Origin: Clostridiaceae bacterium
Lineage (GTDB): Bacteria > Bacillota > Clostridia > Saccharofermentanales > DTU023
Direction of reading: 5' to 3'
NCBI GenBank assembly: GCA_012841145.1
Contig: DUVH01000024.1
Span: forward strand, 70,711 to 134,710
DNA: 64,000 bases
A program made the translations under genes and the position numbers. Positions 17,193-27,076 of the stretch are shown here, piece after piece. The notes under the pieces were generated by a model. It saw only the letters and a program-made list of their open reading frames with translations, made no database searches and was not told where the DNA came from. Positions within the stretch are counted from its first letter, which is position 1. Each line of letters begins with the position of its first letter.

Positions 17193-18083
17193 CTAAGATT
17201 CATCGATCGGCATAAACCCTTCGCCATAGACTTCGTCATAGGATGTAACAATCATCAACGCTTCGGGATCAATCTTTTTTACAATCTTTCTGACCTCCGG
17301 TACTTGAGCCCGACTGCAGGCGCACAGGATGACGGGCACTTGATCGCGCGAATACGCGCCCTTCCCGTGAAGAATCGTTGAACCGCGTTCGACATCTTCA
17401 CCTATTCGTTCCGCAATCAACTCGCCTTTTTCAGAAATGATCACCGCCATTTTCCCCGACACAAATCCGAACATTATCTTGTCGATCACCAGAATGAGCA
17501 CGGCACTGAAAACAAAGCCGTAAAGAACCGCGTCGATCTGGCCGAAAACAAGGCCGCCACACAGGACGATAATACCGTCAACGAACATTGTAATCTGCCC
17601 GACAGACATATGGGGATGCAATTTACGCAACGACATAATGATCAGATCCGATCCGCCGGTACTGCTCTTGCTCGAATAAATGATAGCAAGTCCGAGTCCC
17701 GCAAGCGCGCCGGCAAACAGCGCGGCGAGCAGCGGTTCCCCTCGATAGATCGGGAAAAGCGGACTGATCACATCAAGAAAAAGCGTATTGACCAGAATCG
17801 TCTGAAAAGTACGCACCAGATACTTCTTCCCAAGAATTTTGAGAGCGACCAAAATGATCGGAATATTCAAAAGCAGCGACAAAGCACCGATGGGCAAATG
17901 CGTGTAATGCCTTAAAATGAATGCGATTCCGGTGACTCCGCCTGGCGCGAAAGAGGCATGGACGGCAAAATTGTAGACGCCGATCGCAAAGAAAAAGGAA
18001 CCCGCCACGTCATAAAGTAGATTCACAGCGAATTTTCGGAGATTATCTCTCGTCAATATCCTTTTCAAGAACCTTGAAAACAC
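17193..18083 (-). CDS. YitT-family membrane protein (DUF2179 C-terminal domain)
   Basis: Five or six TM segments with GGVTGIAFIL and STGGSDLI. Soluble C-terminus RGSTILHGKGAYSRDQVPVILCA...MIVTSYDEVYGEGF. Confidence 0.85.
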   Translation of the reverse strand: MFSRFLKRILTRDNLRKFAVNLLYDVAGSFFFAIGVYNFAVHASFAPGGVTGIAFILRHYTHLPIGALSLLLNIPIILVALKILGKKYLVRTFQTILVNTLFLDVISPLFPIYRGEPLLAALFAGALAGLGLAIIYSSKSSTGGSDLIIMSLRKLHPHMSVGQITMFVDGIIVLCGGLVFGQIDAVLYGFVFSAVLILVIDKIMFGFVSGKMAVIISEKGELIAERIGEDVERGSTILHGKGAYSRDQVPVILCACSRAQVPEVRKIVKKIDPEALMIVTSYDEVYGEGFMPIDES

Positions 18084-18220
18084 CTTTTACCCCTCAAAAT
18101 GACGCGCCTCGATCAAGCGCAATACTGTTACGGCTCTCTTGGCACGGTCTCTATCCGCCTGTCAGGAAACGAACGAGTCTCTAGCGTATATTCGTCATGT
18201 TGAATGCTCATATCTCTTTT

Positions 18221-19405
18221 CTATTTAAGAAAACCGACAAGCTTCTTGTGCGTATTCGCCATATTGAACGGCCATACTTCCCTTCTATTCACATAGGCAC
18301 GACGTGTATCGCTAAAGGCGGGCAACTGAAGCTGTCGGCGCGAATAAGAAAGATAAGCAGGTTTCATGTAATCACCGAGATTGAGATTCGTCCTTGTATT
18401 GGCAAGCGCGACATTGATGACGTTATAAATATCGACGCCTCCGGAACCCATAGAACTCAGAACGGAATTGACAACTGTTCTCTGTCTTCGATTGCGTTGA
18501 AAATCGCTGTCGATCTTTCGAATACGCGCATACGCCAGCGCCTGAGAGCCATTGAGCAATTGAGAACCAGGTTCAACACCAACACGCGCTGCCTCGGCGG
18601 GTGTCAATGTAATGCGAACGCCTCCCACGGCATCAATAATTCGTCTAAAGGAACCAAAATTGATCGCCACATATCCCTTAATAGGAATTCCGAAATTGCG
18701 CTCAATCGTACGCACGGCCAATGAGGGACCTCCGTATGAATACGCCGCGTTCAGCAGTCCCCATGGGTGTTTCGATGTCCCGATCTTGACATACATGGCT
18801 CTCATTAGAGAGACGATATTGAGCGTTTTCGTGTTGTGGTTGAGCGAAAGAATCATGATGACATCGGATCGCCCGCGAAAACTGTTCGTATCGACGCCGA
18901 ACAATACGATATTTTCAACGCCGGGCATTGATGCAAGCTTGGGAGGCGCCTGCGTCGCAACTGGCTTAGGCTTATCGCCTTTTGTGGAAGGCGTCGAAGT
19001 CTCATCTGCAGTGTCTGTTGTTTCGTCAGGATATTCCTCATCCAACAGATCCTGCAAAGCATCGAAGTCGTCTTCCAGCTGCCGTTTTTCCTCATCAGGA
19101 AGGCCGCCCAGCCATTCGGTATCGGTCAAGTCTTTCGCTAATACGGGTTCGTAAAAAGTCTCGTCCGAGAACGTCACGCCTGACATCATATCGTTGTAAA
19201 CGATCACAATGCCGGCAAACAGCGACAGAATGAGCCCGACGGTAACACCGAGCGCAATCAGTCCGGGCGAATAAAGGCGTGTGAACATCGATTTCTTTCC
19301 GCGTTCGCGCGACGATCGATTCGAGTTATTATGAGTACTGCCGCGACGCTCGGCACCGCGTGTCTTATCAACATTTTCGCTGTGTCGGTTCATTGTGTGA
19401 CGCAC
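18221..19405 (-). CDS. LCP (LytR-CpsA-Psr) family cell-wall glycopolymer ligase
   Basis: N-terminal TM helix, acidic linker, then LFGVDT...RSDVIMILSLN, NAAYSYGGPSLAVRTIERNFGIPIKGYVAINFGSF and ALAYARIRK. Confidence 0.9.
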   Translation of the reverse strand: MRHTMNRHSENVDKTRGAERRGSTHNNSNRSSRERGKKSMFTRLYSPGLIALGVTVGLILSLFAGIVIVYNDMMSGVTFSDETFYEPVLAKDLTDTEWLGGLPDEEKRQLEDDFDALQDLLDEEYPDETTDTADETSTPSTKGDKPKPVATQAPPKLASMPGVENIVLFGVDTNSFRGRSDVIMILSLNHNTKTLNIVSLMRAMYVKIGTSKHPWGLLNAAYSYGGPSLAVRTIERNFGIPIKGYVAINFGSFRRIIDAVGGVRITLTPAEAARVGVEPGSQLLNGSQALAYARIRKIDSDFQRNRRQRTVVNSVLSSMGSGGVDIYNVINVALANTRTNLNLGDYMKPAYLSYSRRQLQLPAFSDTRRAYVNRREVWPFNMANTHKKLVGFLK

Positions 19406-19448
19406 CTTTCCTTAATTGTCACGATTGTTATTGTCTATTGATTATACG

Positions 19449-19493
19449 ACAATAAAGCCGCTCTCCGGGAAGGATGAAATCTGCCCGGAGAGC
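19449..19493 (-). terminator. Rho-independent terminator after the zinc-ribbon membrane protein gene
   Basis: Perfect 10-bp stem GCTCTCCGGG / CCCGGAGAGC, followed on the minus strand by GGCTTTATTGT. Confidence 0.65.
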
Positions 19494-19538
19494 AAGCATA
19501 ACGGACTGAAAAAACGTTTATCGGTTCGCGCTATGCGA

Positions 19539-20417
19539 CTAGAAGAACATTCTGGAGATACCCCACCTGATGCCCGCCGTATAGCATGCTCCGACAATAA
19601 ACCACATGGCGACAAACACACCGATCATAGCAATGATCTTCAACCATGTCTTGGAGGCGGCATCACGCGAAGAGAACAGGCAAGCGAAGGCAGCACCGAG
19701 CGAGAGCAATCTCACGAACTGGAACATGACTGCGATGAAGTGCGCCGAGAAATGATAAACGGGAAAAGCGATCCCGAGAATCATCGTGATGAAAACGACC
19801 GGCAGTATGATGTTGTGGTACGAGGAATACTCGGCGAAGACAGATTCCGGCGTGGCTGTCTCATCTTTCTCCCAGAACCTCTTAATGAGCCAGACGGCGA
19901 TCGGCAGCACGGCGATATACACAATATTCATGAACCACGTCAGGAAGAAAGCTCCGGCATGCCAATCCGTGTGAGATGCCGTTCCCAAGGTAAAGAAAAA
20001 GGCAACGAGGAAAGGAACGATGGCGGCGAACAAGATGTGCATCGGCTCTTTCGTACCGAGAAATCCCTTCGTAAACCATGGCAAATAACCTTTTGCGTAC
20101 AGAGCGAGCTTTGACGGCTCCTTAGGGGGCGGAGTAAAACCGGGAACGCCTTGCTGTGGCGGGTAGTAGCCCTCGGGCGGATACGGCGGCGCTTGCTGTG
20201 CCCCCTGTTCCGTGACAGGATATCCTGGAGGAGGCATCTGCTGCGGGCTGTATTGCGGCTGTGCCGGTGGCACAATCTCTTCGCTTGCGGCAGGAGGCGA
20301 GACGGGAGGAGACTCCACGGTCGCTTCCGCTTCAATGGCGGGTTGCGGTTTTCCGCAGTAGCCGCAGAATGCCGCATTGACATCAATCTCGTTTCCGCAG
20401 AATGGACATTTTTTCAT
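19539..20417 (-). CDS. Zinc-ribbon plus Pro/Gln-rich linker plus polytopic membrane domain protein
   Basis: MKKCPFCGNEIDVNAAFCGYCG, a proline-rich stretch, then five hydrophobic helices. Confidence 0.7.
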   Translation of the reverse strand: MKKCPFCGNEIDVNAAFCGYCGKPQPAIEAEATVESPPVSPPAASEEIVPPAQPQYSPQQMPPPGYPVTEQGAQQAPPYPPEGYYPPQQGVPGFTPPPKEPSKLALYAKGYLPWFTKGFLGTKEPMHILFAAIVPFLVAFFFTLGTASHTDWHAGAFFLTWFMNIVYIAVLPIAVWLIKRFWEKDETATPESVFAEYSSYHNIILPVVFITMILGIAFPVYHFSAHFIAVMFQFVRLLSLGAAFACLFSSRDAASKTWLKIIAMIGVFVAMWFIVGACYTAGIRWGISRMFF

Positions 20418-20670
20418 CGTAATATCTCTACTTTCTAATCACTTCCCCCCGCGAAACGAACGTTTCAACGGATGGCATATTTAACAAACCACATACACAG
20501 TCAGTTTATCATATGGAAGTGTTATCTCGCCTTGTCCGTAGAAAAAAACTTCGGATGCATGTGTAAAATCTTCATGAACAAGTCATTGCATCGGAAAAGA
20601 CGAACTCCACGGACGCCATGTTTACGTGATACTATAAATCGACAAGATGAATATGCAAAGGAGTCATTAT

Positions 20671-21117
20671 ATGCGAGCAGTCATACAGCGTGTTGATAAG
20701 GCTTCCGTCCAATGCGATGACGGGCATCAATCTTCCATCGGTAAAGGATATTTGATTTTACTCGGGATCGGACATGAAGATCATGAGGCGAATTGCGCAA
20801 AGCTTTGGCAAAAAATAAGAAAATTGCGCATTTTTCCCGATACAGAGGGAAAGATTAACCTCGACCTCGCGACCGTCGGAGGCGACGTCCTGATCGTCTC
20901 TCAATTCACACTGTTTGCCGATACGAGAAAGGGAAACCGTCCCAGTTTCATCAAAGCCGCTCCTCCGGAGCTCGGTGAACGCCTGTACGAATATTTTGTC
21001 GAATTGGCGCGACGCGACGTGCCGGTCGTCGGGACAGGGTCGTTCGGAGCAGAGATGGACGTCAGCCTCATCAACAGCGGCCCCTTTACAATCGTTCTCG
21101 ATACTGATGAGATGTGA
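20671..21117 (+). CDS. dtd: D-aminoacyl-tRNA deacylase
   Basis: MRAVIQRV..., SQFTLFADTRKGNRPSF and NSGPFTIVLD. The ORF track start at 20647 is probably 8 codons too early. Confidence 0.95.
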   Translation: MRAVIQRVDKASVQCDDGHQSSIGKGYLILLGIGHEDHEANCAKLWQKIRKLRIFPDTEGKINLDLATVGGDVLIVSQFTLFADTRKGNRPSFIKAAPPELGERLYEYFVELARRDVPVVGTGSFGAEMDVSLINSGPFTIVLDTDEM

Positions 21118-21127
21118 TCGCGTCTTC

Positions 21128-22144
21128 TTATAACGCTGCAACTGTCGAGTTGATTGTCGTTTTGAAAAATCTGACGTCAGAAAAACGCGCAGTCATCGCG
21201 GAAAGAACGTTTTCACAATCGCTGATATCATTAAACAAAGCGAAACATGTCGGCCCGCTTCCCGACATCGAGACGACGGGCGCTTCCAACGCCCTCAAAG
21301 CGTCCAGCAGCTGTCCGACTCGTTCAAGAGCGCCGGCGATAACCGGTGTAAAATCGTTGTGGATGAGGGGCTCAAGTACCTGCACCGATTGTTGGGCAAT
21401 GACCTCCTTCCACGACCTTTCCCCTGTTAATTCGCGAAGAGAAACATGCGCTTGACTATCGCAACGTTCGTCATCTCTGATTTTGTCGAGCATCTTAAAC
21501 GCTGTCTTCGTCTGAACAAATTGCGCCGGAGTCGCAAGCAGAACCGCAAAGGGGAAGAGAGGCGGAAGCGGCGTCATGATCTCGCCTACACCCTCGCACA
21601 GCCGTGTCCCTCCGTACAGACAGAAGGGGACATCTGCGCCGCAACGAAGCGCAATCTGTTCCAGCTCACCGAGCGATAAGGGAGACGCCGAAGAACCGAA
21701 CCAATCCCTGATTTGATCCTGATTCTGAAACAAAAACCGCAACACCGCGGCGGCGTCGGCGCTCCCGCCGCCGAGACCGGCAGCATCGGGAATATTTTTT
21801 TCGATGGATATCGATAGACGGACGGAGGAGGGATCGACGTTAAGACGTTCAAAAAACAGTTCCGCCGCTCGGTAACAGATATTCCCCTCGCCCGAAGGAA
21901 TTGACCCCACATCAGCATCGACTCGCCACATCGGGCGACCGGTCTTTTGGGTGTCGCAAACTTGAACATCCTTTTTAAAGGAGTTTTTGTGAAGTTCAAT
22001 AAGAAGCCGATCCGCCAAAGAAAGCGTTGTCATGACGGATGAAAGTTCATGCAATCCGTCCGAACGGCGGCCCAAGACCTGAAGAGTTAAATTCAGTTTC
22101 GCGCGCGCCTCAACGCTGCCTCGAAGGCACGATTCATTTTCCAA
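21128..22144 (-). CDS. ispE: 4-diphosphocytidyl-2-C-methyl-D-erythritol kinase
   Basis: AKLNLTLQVLGRRSDGLHEL and the GHMP motif KNIPDAAGLGGGSADAAAVL. Sits next to veg, as in Bacillus. Confidence 0.9.
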   Translation of the reverse strand: MENESCLRGSVEARAKLNLTLQVLGRRSDGLHELSSVMTTLSLADRLLIELHKNSFKKDVQVCDTQKTGRPMWRVDADVGSIPSGEGNICYRAAELFFERLNVDPSSVRLSISIEKNIPDAAGLGGGSADAAAVLRFLFQNQDQIRDWFGSSASPLSLGELEQIALRCGADVPFCLYGGTRLCEGVGEIMTPLPPLFPFAVLLATPAQFVQTKTAFKMLDKIRDDERCDSQAHVSLRELTGERSWKEVIAQQSVQVLEPLIHNDFTPVIAGALERVGQLLDALRALEAPVVSMSGSGPTCFALFNDISDCENVLSAMTARFSDVRFFKTTINSTVAAL

Positions 22145-22150
22145 GGCTTA

Positions 22151-22426
22151 TCAATTATCCTGTTGGAGTAACTGCTCCAATTCTTCGTCCGTAAAAGCAA
22201 TCTCTACGACTTTTGTGAGCAGATCGACATAACTGAAACTGACATGCTCGCTGTAGGAAGGGCTTACAGGACAGCATACGGTAAACACGTTCGAGGAACA
22301 ATTCTCAAGAAACCCCTGATGGATGACCGTACGGCGTCGCCCTCCATTTGACTTAAGCATGATTCGTTGCCCGAGATGAGCTTCCAGTTCAGCACGACAA
22401 GATGCTATGTCAGATTTTACAATCAA
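22151..22426 (-). CDS. veg: Veg family protein
   Basis: LGQRIMLKSNGGRRRTVIHQGFLENCSSNVFTV...VSFSYVDLLTKVVEI, similar to B. subtilis Veg. Confidence 0.9.
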   Translation of the reverse strand: MIVKSDIASCRAELEAHLGQRIMLKSNGGRRRTVIHQGFLENCSSNVFTVCCPVSPSYSEHVSFSYVDLLTKVVEIAFTDEELEQLLQQDN

Positions 22427-22534
22427 TTACTACACCTCATATTCCGGTAATATTAGGCAAATGTTAACCATTCGCCATCGACCAAATATTATACCTCGAA
22501 AGGCCTAAAAATGCAATTAGAAGAATCTTCCGTA

Positions 22535-23659
22535 TCAAATCATACGGCGTACGATTCCGCCCCCAAGCACGCGATCGTCCTCGTAGAAAACAGCCGACTG
22601 GCCGATCGATGTCAGCCGAACGGGGACATCGAACCGAACGGATGCTGAATCGCCTTCTCCGAGGACAACCTGTGCGGGGAAAGCCTTCCCCTGTGAACGC
22701 AATTGCACTGTTGCATCGAATACGGAAGGGATCCGATCAATCGAAACGACGTCGTAAAGCTCGAGACTCTCGATCATCGCGTCTTGCTCATCTCCTAAAA
22801 TGACGAGATTCTTTTCGGAATCTTTACCGACCACCGTCATCCTCTTGCCGAGCGAAATCCCCAGACCCCGCCGCTGCCCCTCGGTGTAACGCCAGCTCCC
22901 CATGTGCTCGCCCAGAACCGTGCCGTTTTTATCGACAAAATACCCCGGAGCATCTTTGAGCCCGTGCTTGGAAAGAAATTGATTCAGTTTCGTCGCCCCG
23001 AGAAAACAGATGTCCTGACTATCCTGAACTTGTCCTAATACCGTGTCAATAGAAGAGGCGATCGCTCTGACCTCGTGTTTCGTATAATCGCCTAACGGCA
23101 ACAATGTACGATCGAGAATCGCGCGCGAAAGTCGATAGAGAAAATAGCTTTGATCTCTTCTTCTGTCCTTGGCACGGTGAAGATATCGGTGCGTCGGCTC
23201 TCCGATAAGCTGTGCGTAATGTCCCGTCGCGATATAATCACACCCGAGACGATCGGCCGCTTCCGCCAACCGTCGAAACTTGAAATGTCGATTGCAGTGA
23301 ACGCAGGGATTGGGCGTCTCTCCTGAACGCCACGATTCAATAAAGGGGCGCACAACATCACGGTAAAAGTCATCGACCGCGTCGATCTCAATATGTTCGA
23401 TCTCGAGCGTGCGCGCAATTTTCGCGGCGCGTTCGCAGCTGTCGCCACTCACCGTTCGGAATGTCAGAGCCGTTACATGGCACCCGCTCTGCAGCAAAAG
23501 AGAGGCCGCGGCGGCACTGTCAACACCACCCGACAACCCGAGCAAGACTCGCCTGCCGGAAGAATCGTTGTGATGATTTCCTCGTCGCTTCATGAAGTGC
23601 TTAAAAAAATTAAATCCCGCCGGATGACAAACACGGCGCTTATTAAAGCGCCGCTTCAT
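22535..23659 (-). CDS. mnmA: tRNA 2-thiouridine(34) synthase
   Basis: PP-loop LLGLSGGVDSAAAASLL, ATGHYA and QSYFLYRL. The start is uncertain (23659 or 23593). Confidence 0.92.
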   Translation of the reverse strand: MKRRFNKRRVCHPAGFNFFKHFMKRRGNHHNDSSGRRVLLGLSGGVDSAAAASLLLQSGCHVTALTFRTVSGDSCERAAKIARTLEIEHIEIDAVDDFYRDVVRPFIESWRSGETPNPCVHCNRHFKFRRLAEAADRLGCDYIATGHYAQLIGEPTHRYLHRAKDRRRDQSYFLYRLSRAILDRTLLPLGDYTKHEVRAIASSIDTVLGQVQDSQDICFLGATKLNQFLSKHGLKDAPGYFVDKNGTVLGEHMGSWRYTEGQRRGLGISLGKRMTVVGKDSEKNLVILGDEQDAMIESLELYDVVSIDRIPSVFDATVQLRSQGKAFPAQVVLGEGDSASVRFDVPVRLTSIGQSAVFYEDDRVLGGGIVRRMI

Positions 23660-23690
23660 CCTCTTTCATGTCCTCTTGCAAGAGATATCA

Positions 23691-24137
23691 TCAATCTTCG
23701 AATTCCACCGTGTCTTCGTCGTCGTATGAACTTCTCTTGTTCGCTTCTTCCTGAAGCTGTGCAACTTCATAGAAGATCTCGGCGCGATCGAGAACACGCG
23801 TTCTCGCCAGCGGCGACAGCTTGTCCATCAATTCGATCAGCCGTATTTTTTGGTCGAGCAGCAACGCATCTTCATCACTCATGTCATCGCTTCTCTCGAG
23901 AATTAGCCTAAAGGGCTCGCCTGCTAAACGCAAATCTTCCTCGGTCATATCATCCGAACCGAGAATCTGGTCAAGTGTTGCCCCGAAAATATCCGCCAAT
24001 CTCTTCGCTGTCTTGATATCCGGGTAATTGCGACCGCTTTCCCACTGGCTGACTGATGTCTGTGTCACGCCGATCACATTCGCCAACTCCGTCTGTGTCA
24101 TATGATTCTTTTTTCTGAAGTACCTAATGCCGTTCAT
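23691..24137 (-). CDS. XRE-family HTH transcriptional regulator
   Basis: RKKNHMTQTELANVIGVTQTSVSQWESGRNYP. Confidence 0.85.
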   Translation of the reverse strand: MNGIRYFRKKNHMTQTELANVIGVTQTSVSQWESGRNYPDIKTAKRLADIFGATLDQILGSDDMTEEDLRLAGEPFRLILERSDDMSDEDALLLDQKIRLIELMDKLSPLARTRVLDRAEIFYEVAQLQEEANKRSSYDDEDTVEFED

Positions 24138-24489
24138 AATCTCTCGTATCTTTTCCTTTCCATCAATATTTTGGTGTCTGTGCGATCAAAAAACACTACA
24201 CTTAACGACGTGATTAATGTTTGTGATAATTCTAACCATTCATCCCTTATTATTCTATAGCGTGGAGACCATTATAAGCAAGTATTCTTTTGTTGTGTAT
24301 GTGCCGATTTATGCATCTATACCGTCAGAATCCTTATATTTACTGTGTATGATTGACAACATATCAACTTACACAGGTATTATTTACTTCATGCGGCATA
24401 CCATATTATCTAATTGAATCTATAGCCGTGAATTTTGCCGTGATGACGGCGGGTTTGCGCTTCAACGAGCGCCGCAGGCACAAACGATA

Positions 24490-25560
24490 CTATTTGTACC
24501 AATATGGAACAGGCGTCCGAAAGTTATCATATTCGAGTGATAAGCGATCGAATTCTTCCAGCACCCTCCGCTCATAAGGAGAATCGGGGGTGCTCAACGC
24601 CAAGTGTTCGAGAATGACGGAAACTTGATAGTACGCAAGTTGGGCAAAGAAATATGAGGGTACTTCCCTATCAAAATACACATCGATCAGGCATTTTAAA
24701 TCTTGGTGATCTCGCGTGCGCATTTCAAATAATATGCGGCAAAGATCCATATGAGTCATATCTTCGCCGAGCAAAAACGGGTAATCGATTAACAGCGCCG
24801 CTCGTTTTGTATAAGCAAAGCAACTGGCCGCGTACGTCCCCAGAGAAAGAGAAAGACTCCCGGCGTATGCCAGAGCTTTAGCGTTTTGTATCGTAAAGGA
24901 GTTCAAACGTGAGAACCGCTGTCTCTGCGGTATGCGCTCTTCGACCTCATCGATTAACCTGATCGTACGATCTTCCAGTTCGTCAATGATTTTATAACTG
25001 CCGCTGTTTGAGAAAACGTTGTTTCCCGTTTGAAGAAAACGCAGAAAACCTGTCATTTGAACAATCGTCTCAAAACGGAAAGGATTATTTTGATCACTAA
25101 GATATTTCAATAAAGGCATATCCGACCGCCGTTCAACAACACCGAAGAACCCATCGCTCGACTTCAACCATTTGACTTCCGGCAACATAGGGCCGAAGGC
25201 CCGGAACAACGGCGACACATTGACCATAATCCGATTAATACCGTCAAGATGCGTCCAAAGGTCTGAAACAAGTTGCCATTTGTTCCAAGGGCCGTAATAG
25301 AGCCAATGTTCACGTCCTTCCTTGTCGTAAACACGGTAGACGGATGTCCTGCCCTTTTCGTTCAAAATGGCACAATCACCTAAAGTCCAACCGCTGATTT
25401 CCGGTACACTGCTCAGCTTTTCCCTCAGGATAGCCTTTGCTGTCCGTTCGAATGTTGCGGAACGAGAGTTTGCTGATCGTCCTTCTCTAAACTGGTGCGC
25501 ACGGCAAACACAACGATTATCTTTATTAATGCGATTTTTGCACATGAAACCAATCTCCAA
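24490..25560 (-). CDS. Hypothetical protein, possibly a degenerate APH/kinase-like fold
   Basis: 356-aa ORF in an AT-richer patch. There is only weak resemblance to phosphotransferase-family N-lobe and C-terminal (LIDYPFLLGEDMTHMDLCR) segments, and no HGD catalytic motif is seen. Confidence 0.5.
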   Translation of the reverse strand: MEIGFMCKNRINKDNRCVCRAHQFREGRSANSRSATFERTAKAILREKLSSVPEISGWTLGDCAILNEKGRTSVYRVYDKEGREHWLYYGPWNKWQLVSDLWTHLDGINRIMVNVSPLFRAFGPMLPEVKWLKSSDGFFGVVERRSDMPLLKYLSDQNNPFRFETIVQMTGFLRFLQTGNNVFSNSGSYKIIDELEDRTIRLIDEVEERIPQRQRFSRLNSFTIQNAKALAYAGSLSLSLGTYAASCFAYTKRAALLIDYPFLLGEDMTHMDLCRILFEMRTRDHQDLKCLIDVYFDREVPSYFFAQLAYYQVSVILEHLALSTPDSPYERRVLEEFDRLSLEYDNFRTPVPYWYK

Positions 25561-25670
25561 TATCTATTGGGGAAATGACTGTATATGTAATATTTTATCA
25601 AAAATATAAGATGTTGAGTGCCACATCTTGGCGCATCATAGCTTGAACAATATAAAAATGGACTCTATAC

Positions 25671-25715
25671 AAAAAACCGCTTTGCGGCCGGCATCATTGA
25701 GCGCTCGCAAAGCGG
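25671..25715 (-). terminator. Rho-independent terminator after the aminotransferase gene
   Basis: Perfect 10-bp stem CCGCTTTGCG / CGCAAAGCGG, followed on the minus strand by TTTTTTG. Confidence 0.75.
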
Positions 25716-25753
25716 TTATATCTTGTCAAAAAAGGCGTTATTGCACCTTCACT

Positions 25754-26953
25754 CTATCCCTCAACACGGCCGGGATATTGTTTGAGTGCAATCTCGAGAA
25801 TCCTCATCGCTTCTGCCAGATCATCCGTATTCAACACATAGGCGAGCCTTACCTCATCAACGCCCATACCCGGCGTCTGGTAAAAATTCTCGACGGGCGC
25901 TACCATCACGGATTTGTTATCGACTTGGAAGTCAGTCAAAAGCCAGAGCGCGAACTTCTCCGCATTGTCGACGGGGAGCTTCGCAATCGCATAAAAGGCG
26001 CCGCCGGGACGTTCACAGAGGACACCGTCCATCTTCTGAAGCGCATCGATCATGATGTTGCGTCTCGCTTCATATCGCTCACGTATCGGCACAAAATAGT
26101 CGGGATCCAGATCGTATAACGCTTTGGCCCCGATCATCTCAAGCGTCGGCACACACAAGCGCGCCTGACCCAGTTTTAAGGCCGCCGCCATGAGGTCTCT
26201 ATTCTTCGACGCCAACGAACCGATGCGCGCGCCGCAGGCGGAGAAACGTTTGGAGACACTGTCGACGATGATCACGCGATCAAGAATATCCGTCATCGAC
26301 CCGAAACTCGTCGCTTTCTTACCGTCATAGCAGAATTCACGGTAAACTTCGTCGGCGATGATAAACAGCTTGTGATCGCGCGCAATGTCCGCCAACATGC
26401 GAACTTCCTCCTCGGAATAAACGACGCCCGTCGGATTACCGGGGTTCGAAAGCGCGATAGCGCGCGTCTTCTCAGTAAGCAGCGATTCGAGCACATCCCT
26501 TGCCGGGAGAGCGAATCCATTATCAGGATAAGTGGAAATCGGTTTGATTACGACGTTATAGGGCGCCGCAAACCCGCGGTAGTTTGTATAGAAAGGTTCC
26601 GGAACGAGAATTTCCTCTCCGGGGTCACAAGTAAGCAAAAATGACCACTGCAACGCCTCACTCCCTGCGTTCGTGATGATGATATCCTTCACCTCGTAAG
26701 GCAGGCCGATACGTTTATAATACTTCGAAATGCTCTCGCGGAGGGGCTCCCAGCCGTTTGAGTCGGCATAAGCGAGCACTTCCACATCAGCTTTTTTTAC
26801 AGCGTCCATGAAGACTTTCGGCGTCTCGATATCGGGCTGACCGATATTGAGATGATAGATCTTGATACCTCTTTTTTTAGCTTCGTTTGCGTAGGGAACG
26901 AGTTTGCGGATAGGTGATGCCTGCAGGGCATAACTGCGATTCGATAATTTCAT
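25754..26953 (-). CDS. PLP-dependent class I/II aminotransferase (aspartate/aromatic type)
   Basis: MKLSNRSYALQASPIRKL, NIGQPD and the PLP-lysine region DSVSKRFSACGARIG. The 597-aa ORF in the track carries a spurious 198-aa N-terminal extension. ATG is at 26953. Confidence 0.9.
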   Translation of the reverse strand: MKLSNRSYALQASPIRKLVPYANEAKKRGIKIYHLNIGQPDIETPKVFMDAVKKADVEVLAYADSNGWEPLRESISKYYKRIGLPYEVKDIIITNAGSEALQWSFLLTCDPGEEILVPEPFYTNYRGFAAPYNVVIKPISTYPDNGFALPARDVLESLLTEKTRAIALSNPGNPTGVVYSEEEVRMLADIARDHKLFIIADEVYREFCYDGKKATSFGSMTDILDRVIIVDSVSKRFSACGARIGSLASKNRDLMAAALKLGQARLCVPTLEMIGAKALYDLDPDYFVPIRERYEARRNIMIDALQKMDGVLCERPGGAFYAIAKLPVDNAEKFALWLLTDFQVDNKSVMVAPVENFYQTPGMGVDEVRLAYVLNTDDLAEAMRILEIALKQYPGRVEG

Positions 26954-27076
26954 ACGGTAAATACCCCCTTTTGTCGAACAGCGGCGTATAAATACGAGAA
27001 GAAAGAAACCCGTTAACCAACAAGTTCTCCTCGGTTCAATCATAGCATATCGACAACTGAATGCTAGAATGAACGC

